From positions 992,001-1,056,000 of the forward strand of contig AP024667.1 of assembly GCA_024346625.1 (NCBI GenBank): 64,000 bases of DNA, given 5' to 3'. This DNA is from Williopsis jadinii. Lineage: Eukaryota. Positions 10,728 through 21,900 of this stretch are shown here, piece by piece. A program made the translations under genes and the position numbers. Position 1 is the first letter of the stretch, and each line of letters opens with the position of its first letter. The notes below the pieces were generated by a model. That model had not been told where the DNA came from. It ran no database searches and saw only the letters and a list, made by a program, of their open reading frames with translations.

Positions 10728-12451
10728 TCAAGTGTTCATGTAAGTCGATGGATCAACACCTCCTTCTGGGAACTCTGTGATCTTAACGTCGAATCTCTCT
10801 TGGATCTTGCCCAACACTTCTTCATCAGCTTCAGATGAAACGAACGAAACAGCCAAACCCTTGGTACCGAATCTACCAGCTCTACCAACTCTGTGCAAGT
10901 ATTGGTCCGCCTCTGTTGGCAAATCGTAGTTGATGGCAAGGTTGATTCTTTCGATATCGATACCTCTACCAAAGACATCCGTGGCAACACAGATTCTCTT
11001 GTTGAAATCCTTGAAGGATTTGTATCTGGCAATACGCTCGTCTTGACTCAAAGCAGAGTGGACTGCGATTGCTGGGAAGTTGGCAGCATTCAGGATCTTG
11101 CTCAACTCATCGGCACGACGAGTGGACTTGACAAAGATGATAACTTGGTTGAACTCCAATGAATCCAGCAATTCGGCCAACTTACGGTTCTTCTCCTTCT
11201 CAGCCAACTTGATGTAGTACTGTTGCAAACCGTGAAGAGTCAATTTGGCCTCATCGTCAACGTAAATCTCCAATGGGTTTTGCAAAAACTTCTTACAGAT
11301 TGGTCTAATCTCCGGTGACAACGTTGCAGAGAAGAACATAACTTGCTTCTCATGTGGTGTGGCTCTAAAGATCTCTTGGACGTCTCTTCTCATATCCAAG
11401 GTCTCCAGAACTTTATCACACTCGTCAATGACAAAGTTCTTCACATGGTTGAGACGGATATACTTGTCTCTAATCAAGGCTTGCAAACGACCAGGTGTTG
11501 CAACGACAATGTGTGGTGTGGTATCCTTGTTTTTCAAGATCTCAGCATCCTTCTTGATGTCAGTACCACCATAGAACACCGCGGTCTTGACGTCTGGCAT
11601 GTACTTTGAGAATCTTTGATACTCATTACGGATTTGGTAAGCCAATTCTCTGGTATGACAAACCACAACAGTAGAGATTTCACCTGGAACTGGATCCAAT
11701 TGCTGCAGAGTGGACAAGACGAAAACCGCAGTCTTACCTAAACCAGACTTGGCCTGGCATAGGACATCGGTACCATGGATGGATTGTGGGATACAAACTT
11801 GTTGAACTGTTCAGCGGGACTTGTGTTAATAGATGGCTTCAAATGATTCGGTTTGTATAGTGTTGTTGTTCTCCCGCCATTGCTCTCTGGGATTCAAACG
11901 CACTTTATTCGTTGTCCAATTTCCTTTGTCCTTTTCTCATTCCCGTATACTGTGTCTCCTCGTCTGTACTTCGTGAAGTATAACTGACATTTGGGTGGAG
12001 GGGACCTATTGGCATATCACCCGGAGGATGACAGCGCGGGCAACAAATAACCACAGCAAAACCGCACAGTGCAAGCATCTGCAAGCACTGGTAAACGCCA
12101 TTGAAGAAAGCTTCAAAACAACGTGAACAATCCTCAACCGCCCCGCCCCCTCAACCAAACAAAGGGGTCAAAGGGTGTTAACACCCAAAGAGGTGGCAAG
12201 AAAACAACAAAACATAACCAGAAAGTATAAAACAATAAAACAAAAAAACACTAACCTTCAGATGGATGTTCGAAACCACAATCAACGATTGCTCTCATGA
12301 GCTCCGGCTTGAGAAGGAAATCCTTGAAACCGGTGGAATGGATACCAACATACGACCCCTTCTTATCATCCTCCTTGGCCTCGGTGGTTGGAGCAATGTT
12401 ATCTTCTGGCTCGGAGTACTCCAATAATTCTTCTTCTCCTTCGTGTGACAT
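10728..12451 (-). CDS. SUB2: DECD-box RNA helicase Sub2/UAP56; exon 1 12451-12256, intron 12255-11807, exon 2 11806-10728
   Basis: [20 protein letters not shown]...[28 protein letters not shown] and HRVGRAGR motifs. Donor GTTAGT, branch TATTAAC (11831-11825), CAG acceptor. Confidence 0.96.
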
Positions 12452-12524
12452 CGTTCGTCTCTTTGATTAACGGGGTATGGAACAGCTAAAAGTAGAGATT
12501 TCCTTCACAGCGGTTAAGCGCCTC

Positions 12525-12529
12525 GTTGA

Positions 12530-12563
<34 letters not shown>
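12525..12563. repeat. (GTT/GAT)n trinucleotide tract upstream of SUB2
   Basis: gttgatgttgttgatgttgttgttgttgttgttgatgtt. Confidence 0.8.
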
Positions 12564-13023
12564 TACGAATTTCTCCTTTTTTTATGGCTGGCGTTTAAAA
12601 CTTCATTCGTGTCAACAAACTTTTTCCTCACGTTCTTACTTGTGCTAGTTTTTACGCTGCCCGTGCTGTTAATTACGCGGGGCGATATACGCTACAGTGG
12701 AGGCATCTATAACATCAGCGGTGATGATGGTGGAGCGTATGAGGAAAGAGGGTTGAAATAGATAGAGACCATGGCTCACGAAGACGTGTGTGTGTATTCT
12801 AAGCTGAGTGGCTGTTAGGGTAGGTGACTACTTAAATATAGGCCGTGGCGCTGTTTTATAAGCACTGTGGAGCGTTCGAAGCCAAACACCTACCCATAAC
12901 ATATGAAGCAGAGCAGAAGTGAAGGCCTTGTCTTTGAAAACAATGCGGGTGTGAGAAGAGAAGGAGAAGGGAAGGAAGAGCATGAGAGCAGAGGGGAAGA
13001 GGACCGCCGGTCCCGTAGAAATC

Positions 13024-14601
13024 TCAATATATCAACAGCAATACAATGGCTGCGGCTCCCAGTATTGAAATGGGCCGTATGACAACACCACCTTCGTAAA
13101 CAGACTGCATGGTGGTGTCTCCAACAACAACCTGGATGATCTCATAGATGGTTGAAGTGGTGGTTACCTCCTCTACAGTATCTGTGACAACCCTGGTCAC
13201 AGGTGCCTCAGAGCTGGTTGTGATGGTAAGAGCTGTGGTGGTGGTCAAATCGTCCCCAGCTCCCTGGGTCTTAACAACAGTGGTAGTGACGATGCTCTGG
13301 GCTCAACAAACAGTTGTTGTTCATCATCACCAACAGTAGTTAGGACAACAGCAACTTCTTCGCTGGAGGTCTTTGTAGCTGTTGAAGTCTCGGGACAAGA
13401 AGTGGTGTAAGACATCACAGCACCAGAAATGGTCTCTGTAGGAACAGTACCAGTGGTTTGTTCGAGCTCATGACAGGTGCCTGCTTCACAGCTGGTAAAA
13501 ACGACAAAGGCTGTGCTCTCAACGGTAATTGTCGTTGTCGTTTCACTTGTGATTAGAGTTGTATCCGGTTTTGTTGAAGATTCTGGAACTGTGTACCTCA
13601 TTGGTAACGGTCAATACAGAGTTCCACTCCAGATCTTCTCTCTTCGCCAACCTCACTTCCGGTGGAATAACAACGATATTCGCCAGAGTTGTCGATTCAA
13701 AGCCACTTAATATTTTACTGACAAGGTTAATATAGAGTAGATCTGTTTCGTCAATTGCCTCTGTAAAATACGCCGTGAGCCATTCGCCGGTTAAAGGAGC
13801 ATTGGCTCCAGTAAACAATTGATTGGTCAGATGTATTGGCACTGATGAGTTCGTAGTCATCAGCAATAGCTTCGTGTCTTCTTACCGTCACACTTACAGA
13901 TGTCGACGCTCCAATGTTTCCTGAAATAGCTATGAGATGCTCGGTTGTTTGATCTTCGCTGTTGTACTCACCTTCAGCTATAGGCTCTGTTGGAAGTGCG
14001 ATTCTTCACCAGAAGACTCACTGGTTGTTTCGACAAGGAGCTCAAACTCAAACACTTCATTGGCGGCACAGGTAGCCAAAGGAGGGTCCGAGATCTCTAT
14101 GGTATGGCATATCGAATAAACAACCGTTAATGCCTCTGTTGTAGCGACATTTGGGTTGTTACAGTCCGCTGAAAGGACACAAGTCTCAGACTCAGAGATG
14201 ATCAGCATAGAAAAGCCGTCTTAGAATGATGTACCACTCGTAGAGTCGTATGTGAGACGGAAACCTCAGCTGTGTACACAACACCACTAAATGCTCCCTC
14301 TGAAGTAGAATCATACACTACAGCATCAGTGATAGTGCCAGTCCTCAGCTCTCTGAGGAAATTACACAGCATCATGCGTGGAAAACCACTTCGTACTGGC
14401 AAACGAGAACGCATCAGCCGGCACAGCTGTCTCAGCATCAGCATCTTCACAGATAAAGAATCCTGTGTTCGCAGAGCCATGAGTCACAGCACCAGCAATG
14501 ACTTCATTGCTGTCAACGGCATCAAACGTCAGCAGCACGTATTGAGCCAGAGTCAGCCGGGAAACAGTCACAAGATTTGCCTCCAGCTTGAATCGGCTCA
14601 C
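13024..14601 (-). pseudogene. Frameshifted relic of a GPI-anchored wall protein, paralogous to 18943-22752
   Basis: Collinear fragments in different frames match the intact gene: GTITDAVVYDSTSEGAFSG ~ GTIKSTSLYDSSEVGSFSG; IISESETCVLSADCNNPNVA ~ LITETDSYVLSSDCEAPNAA; RLAKREDLEWNSVLTVTN ~ RLAKRAVLEYDLSLTVVN. Also a flocculin-type TSCEAGTC...YTTSCP segment and a GPI-like tail. The start position reads GTG. Confidence 0.88.
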
Positions 14602-17600
14602 AGCAATTGAACCGCTTAAATGGAACCGAGTCTCCACGCCATCATAATCAACCAAAACAGACACCGAGAAGTTGGGCTGGCCTGGTGCTTCCTTATAGTA
14701 TGAACAGTCCAGCTCAAGTGAAGGCGGCCCACCCCGTGCCTAAGATCAACCACCGTACTGGTTCATCCAGCAGCTGTAGATTCCGTCTGTTGTGGGCTGT
14801 GAACAGCTCTGTTTCCCTTAATTACGCCTGCGCGTGTGTTTACATTCGTAGTAATACGCTTGTTTGTTTGCGTTTCTGTCGCTGTGGGCCTGCAAGCCTG
14901 CAAGCCCGTCCGGGGAGCGTCACCAGAGCAACAGTGGCCTTTACAAGTTCTTCTCTCCACCAATCGTGGCCATTCACCAGTGCTGAGGTGGAGCCTTAAG
15001 CACAGAATGTGAGCTTACAGCTGAGGCGTTTGTAGGTGCTCTTATCGTATGTCCTGCCTTCCGGCTTGTTGGAGGATGCTCTGTGTCACTGGAGAGGTGG
15101 TTGATCGTGTTGTGGTGATGGAGCCGAACTGTGCGTAATATAGTACAATGTGCTCTGTCCCGGACACAGCTACGTCACGATCGTGGTCAAGGCTGCCATG
15201 ATAGCTCACGTCCTTCTGGTTCCAGAGTCAGAGGCTGGCCCCAGTTTCACACCACCACTTACTTAACCTATCACTGTTAGAGTGCTCAGTGCCTGGGCTT
15301 AGATGGTCTAATATGTCCGAAGTTTTGGAGCATGCCATTCTACAGATGTGTTCTTCACCTGTGTGAGGATCAACATGGACAAGTGTATGTATATGTATGA
15401 TGGAGTTTCAGTATCAGTGTATGCCATTGCTCACCCTCCAGACTGCTCTTTGCCAGTGCAATGTCGTGGCGGAAAGATGTGTAGCCAGTTGACAGGTTTG
15501 CGTTGATGGGCTTTAAACGTGTTTTAGTTCGTACGGTTCCTCTTTATTGGGTTGAGCATGTGCCTCAGGACAGCAGCAGTGGCTCTATATGGGTTAGTTG
15601 AGAGAGTCCTATAAGCCTCTTGCTGCTTATTCAAAAGGACTCTCCAAGGCACATGTATTGCCCAAGGATGTAGGAAGACTTTTAGTACCGAGATTATACA
15701 ATTCCATTCTTACAGAGCAAAACACAGACCAAAACATGGGACCTGAGTCGTTACACTCAAGCACTTGCACCTTGTTTTGTCAGCTGATACTTAAATCGAG
15801 TTGTAATCTTCATAGTCTTCAAGATGAACACGTTTGGAGGTAGTTATCTCACTATAAGATTAATATCGGGTCCTTCACAGAAGTGCATACTCGCATTAAT
15901 AGCTTGGTTCATCCTAAACAGATATCGTATTATCGTCCAAATGCTGATTCATCAAGTACATAACCATCAAATACTCTGCTGTGGTGGTTCATTTCAACCA
16001 GGGACCTGTAATTGCACCAATTGCAAAAAAGAAGGACCACCCTAACCTACAGAGTACAAGGTATGCTCCTTTACACTCAAAACTTTCTCAGTGGAACTCA
16101 ACACGCCAATATGCCCTTCACAATAACATATTTTTGAGCAAAAGTGGACATATTCAGCAGAAGATCTGGTCTGCATTCGATTATTCTGTAAGCTTCGATG
16201 GAAAGCCACCAGAGTCAACGAGGTGGGTGAGTTTACTCTGTAAGTTGGAGATACATACAGATGTGTATATAATTTCTATTTATTTGTCCTATTAAGGATA
16301 ATTTGAGAAGTAGACTAGACGGTTCACGACTATTAAACACACTTTCATGGCCCTTATTCAAGTGCATATAAGTGATGCATTGGTTGATAATCGTGTTTCT
16401 TTTGCCTACTCCTTTGAACAGACAATTACAGTCTCTCTCATTGGCTGTGCATCGTATATAAAAGCTTCCAGTACCTCTCTACCGAGTTTTACCTCTCTAA
16501 CTGTGTTCTGAAGATAGGTTCATTCCTCAGAATTACATGGTGGTCCGTTTGGAACAATAGCGACTACACTTAAGAGCCCTATACATGGTCGAAACCAAGC
16601 AACATATATACTTGCTACCTTTTGCATCAACAAAGATTGGGCCAGCTTTCTTGGATATTTTAGGCCATTGCCTGTAGATTTTATCCTCTAACTCCCATTT
16701 TGACAGCTGGTGATTTGAGAGTGGCATACATAGGCTTCTGGTCACAAGCGAGCCCGTGTGTCATTCTCGAAGAATGCTTGGTTCTTGAATATTTGTAAAC
16801 CAGCAGTAAATCTCGAGCTACTGGAGGGAAACAGGAAGCCCTATTGGAAGCTATGGTGTATTGTGTGTGTCTGGCACAGTAAAAGTTGCAAGTGATGCTC
16901 GGATCAGGCCTATCCAAAGGGCACTTATATCGATCATCTAGACACAATCTTCTCAGAACATTACAAATAATATATATAACTGCGGTCTCTCTGGTCTTCA
17001 TATGGTAAGCATGTCTGCTTTACTGTTGCCGAGACCAGTGGATTGTGTACAGCTTTCCAAACACAACAAGTGTTCTAAGTATCTGCACATCGTATCCTGA
17101 ATGTTATCACAGCATAAAGGAGACGATTGGCATTAAGACTCAATTAGTTGATGGCTTTCAATATCCAACTGTGATTGATGTGTTGAATTTCAAACTAATT
17201 TACTGATATATATACATATAGAAGGCCATTTTTTAATAACTTATTAATTATAGGCCGACGACATTATGATTATTATACAAATTTTGTTATTACTTTGCTT
17301 GAAAAAAAATAAGCAGGTCCATTTTATATATCAAATTTTAACGTCAGAATATTTAATTTGAATATTACAAAACCTATGCGTTTTCATTCTATTTATATGA
17401 TAAATGCATTAAAGATACACTCTACTTACCTAGAACAGGTATATATTAAAGACGATTTATAGTGAGTAAAAGAGATTTTGAGCTACACCGGCGTTACGGA
17501 GCAGGAATAATAAAGGTGCTCGAAGTAATTAGCCAGACACTGATCGCTGAGACTCATTGGGAGGCTGGTGCTCAGTAAAAGAATGAGAATTGGTATATTC

Positions 17601-18942
17601 TTTGAAGTTATTATTCTTAGGAAGGGAGCTTCAGGCCAATTTGCAGCGATTGAGGAGATTCTTGATAATATCAACCAATTTTCTAGATGTTGTACTAAGG
17701 TAATCACCTTAGAAACCCCGATTACATTGTGTAGTTCATACGTGAAATTGAGAAGTGAGCCCATCCATATGATACGAGGTCAGACTATAATCCTTAAGAA
17801 TGGATTGCGTAAAATTTCTACTATAGCTGTTCTGTTCAAGGAATTCTGCGATTGTTGTATACTATAGCAAGTGCAGTTCTCAGGATCACCAAGTCCATAT
17901 TCTAATTGTATCTGTGCTGTAAATTATAATAGACTGATTCAGAGTTTTCACTAAATTCATGAGCCTCTAGGAATTCTTTAATGGGGTCAGAAATGTGCAG
18001 TGGAATACAAGTGATTACCTCTACTCTGGCATGGTGCACTGGTGTCTGTAACGTTTACCAGCCACCGAGTGAACTGTCATCCAATATTTTAGCAATGACT
18101 ATTCCACTCGTATATAGGTCAACAGGAATAGACAGCATGAATCTTTATCATCGTCAGTCCTCTTCCTTGAAACCACTCAGGACATCTTTGGAAGTACGTC
18201 AAATGATTGAAGCAGATAGTGTTTGAAAGTTCTGAACGTAAGATGATTAACCTTTGCTTTTGACCAGCTTTCCCCTCAATGATATCTCAACAGTGAATGA
18301 GTCGTGGAATAGAAGAGAAAATCATCGACTCACACTATGAAGTCTCACTAAGAAGATATCAATGCAAATGAGCTACTATGTGGCATCATCAAGGTCAAAT
18401 AAATGCACATAAGAACACAGTTTCACGATGACTTACTACACTATTTGTCAAGACAGCACCGGGCTCATACTCCAGAGAAGCTGTCCATACAAAGACCATT
18501 TATCAAAGAAGTAATGGTTGGTCAAAAAGAACTCAAGTAGAGGGGCTTTACCTGTGTCATGGAAGCTTTCCTAAGGCCCAAAGTCAATCATCATTGGTTA
18601 ATGTCAAGAATTGAAGTCGAAGAAAAGTGCTGTGATCATATATCCCCTGCGTGAGAAAGCTAATATGGCCCTCGTGGCTCAACATTAGATGAATTTTATA
18701 GGAATGTGGAATACTCTACAAGGAAGTCATATATGTAAAAAAAATAACAAACGTTAAAGGATATATTATAGAGCTCAATGCAATATGTGCATCCGTGGTT
18801 TCAGAGTCTATAGAGAAGGAAAAAAGCTGAAACGGAGAAAGTTTAGATGTACACCGGTAACTTCACTGCATGTTCGAAGTCAAACATGTTTGAAGTATTC
18901 CTAGATTGCGAGAAGAAATAATAAAGAAAAGAAGCAATCACT

Positions 18943-21900
18943 TCAGATCAAAGCAATAGCGAAGAGAATAGCAGAGAGTGCTGAGACAACAGGCTTAGAT
19001 GCAGCACCTTCGAAAGCGGAGGCGACAGTTGCAGTAGTTTCACCAGACTCACCAGATGAGCCGGACTCACCAGATGAACCAGACTCACCAGATGAACCAG
19101 ATGAGCCGGACTCACCAGATGAACCAGAAGAACCGGACTCGCCAGAAGAACCGGACTCGCCAGAAGAACCGGACTCGCCAGAAGAACCAGACTCGCCAGA
19201 AGAACCAGACTCGCCAGAAGAACCGGACTCACCAGAAGAACCGGACTCACCAGAAGAACCGGACTCGCCAGACTCACCAGATGAACCAGACTCAGTGGAA
19301 GAACCAGACTCACCAGTTCCAGTGGAAGAAGGAGCCTCCAAAGTAACAGTGTTAGTCACCTTAGTGGTCTCGACAGTCTCGGAAACTGAGTAAGTAGTAG
19401 TACCGCCGATAACAACCTCAGCGGTCTCAGACTTGGTGATAACAATTTCGTCAACAGCAACACCGTAGCTTTCAACAACAACAGTGGTGGCCTCTGAGCC
19501 ACCAACAGTGCTAACAACAGTAACGGTGGTAACAGTTGCCTCGGCACCAGTACCTTGAGTCTCAACAACATCAGTAGTGATGACTGAGCCACCAGTAGCA
19601 GTAACAATGGTCTTTGTCTCAGTGACAATAACATCGTAACACTCATCCTCACATACGATGGTCTTGGTGATAGTAGTAGCACCCTCTTCACAAACCTCAC
19701 ATGGGACGGTGACACAAACGATCTTCTCAGTGTAAGTCTTGGTGGTGACGTAGCTCTCTGGGCAGTAGGTGGTGTAAGAAGTAACGACACCGGAAATGGT
19801 CTCGGTGACAACAGTGACACCAGTTGGGGCCTCGGTTTCGGAACACTTGTCATCCTCACAGCTTGTGATGGTGATAAGTGTGGTGCTGTCAGCAGTAACA
19901 GTGGTGGTCTCAGTAGAAGAGGTTAACGTGATATCTGGTGATTCTGAAGTGGTCTCAGTGGAAGGCTCAGAGGACTCCTCGGAGGATTCTTCGGAGGATT
20001 CTTCAGATGACTCCTCAGAGGACTCTTCGGATGATTCTTCAGATGACTCCTCAGAGGACTCTTCAGATGATTCTTCAGAGGATTCCTCAGATGATTCTTC
20101 AGAGGACTCCTCAGATGATTCTTCAGATGATTCTTCAGAGGACTCCTCAGATGATTCCTCAGATGATTCTTCAGATGATTCTTCAGATGATTCTTCAGAT
20201 GATTCTTCAGATGATTCTTCAGATGATTCTTCAGATGATTCTTCAGATGATTCTTCAGATGATTCTTCAGTTGATTCTTCAGTTGATTCTTCAGTTGATT
20301 CTTCAGTTGATTCCTCAGATGACTCCTCAGAGGAACTTGGAACAGCAGCCTCATTAACCACAGTCAATGACAAGTCGTACTCAAGGACAGCTCTCTTAGC
20401 GAGTCTTTCATCTGGAAGCTCAATACGAACGTGGGCAAGGGAAGTCCACTCGTATCCACCAGTGGTGTCACCAATGTAAGTGATGGTGATCAAGTCATCC
20501 TCTCCAATTGATTCAGAGAGAGTAACGGTAATCAGATCAGCAGAAACAGAGACAACAGCAGATGAGTAAACTTGGCCATTGAGGTAAACAGTGGCAGATG
20601 AGAAGTCATAGTCCTCACCGGTGACAGCTTCCTTTGTAATTGTAACTTCAACAGAGGTCCAAGCACCAATGTTACCAGGAATTTCAACATTCCAGATAGC
20701 AGTTTCGTCTTCTGGATTGTATTCACCATCAATAACAGGCTCAGTTGGAAGAGCAGACTCAGAGGAAGACTCAGAGGAAGACTCAGAGGAAGACTCAGAG
20801 GAAGATTCAGAAGTGGACTCGGTAGTTGGCTCAGAGGAAGATTCAGCAGATGTCTCCTCAGAGGTCTCTTCGGAGGATTCAGCAGAGGTCTCCTCGGAGG
20901 TCTCTTCAGAAGATTCAGCAGAGGTCTCCTCGGAGGTCTCTTCAGATGATTCTTCAGAGGTCTCCTCAGAGGTCTCTTCGGAGGATTCAGCAGAGGTCTC
21001 CTCGGAGGTCTCTTCAGATGATTCTTCAGAGGTCTCCTCAGAGGTCTCTTCGGAGGATTCAGCAGAGGTCTCCTCGGAGGTCTCTTCAGATGATTCTTCA
21101 GAGGTCTCCTCAGAGGTCTCTTCGGAGGATTCAGCAGAGGTCTCCTCGGAGGTCTCTTCAGATGATTCTTCAGAGGTCTCCTCAGAGGTCTCTTCGGAGG
21201 ATTCAGCAGAGGTCTCCTCGGAGGTCTCTTCAGATGATTCTTCAGAGGTCTCCTCAGAGGTCTCTTCGGAGGATTCAGCAGAGGTCTCCTCGGAGGTCTC
21301 TTCAGATGATTCTTCAGAGGTCTCCTCAGAGGTCTCTTCGGAGGATTCAGCAGAGGTCTCCTCGGAGGATTCCTCAGAGGACTCCTCAGATGATTCTTCA
21401 GTTGATTCTTCAGATGATTCTTCAGTTGATTCTTCAGATGATTCTTCAGTTGATTCTTCAGATGATTCTTCAGTTGATTCTTCAGATGATTCTTCAGTTG
21501 ATTCTTCAGATGATTCTTCAGTTGATTCTTCAGATGATTCTTCAGATGATTCTTCAGAGGACTCCTCAGATGATTCTTCAGAGGACTCCTCAGATGATTC
21601 TTCAGAGGACTCCTCAGATGATTCTTCAGTTGATTCTTCAGATGATTCTTCAGTTGATTCTTCAGATGATTCTTCAGATGATTCTTCAGAGGACTCCTCA
21701 GATGATTCTTCAGATGTCTCTTCAGATGTCTCTTCAGATGTCTCTTCAGATGTCTCTTCAGATGTCTCTTCAGATGTCTCTTCAGATGTCTCTTCAGATG
21801 TCTCTTCAGATGTCTCTTCAGAGGTTTCGTCAGAGGTTTCCTCAGATGTTTCGTCAGATGTCTCTTCAGATGTCTCTTCAGATGTCTCTTCAGATGTCTC

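Noticed and set aside
15400..15445. Short similarity to the reverse complement of about 42905-42942
   Set aside because: Brief, gapped and not extendable; likely chance.
17422..17431. TACTTACCT resembling the U1 snRNA 5' end
   Set aside because: Preceded by C rather than A; no stem-loop I GATCAAGAAG or other U1 structure follows.
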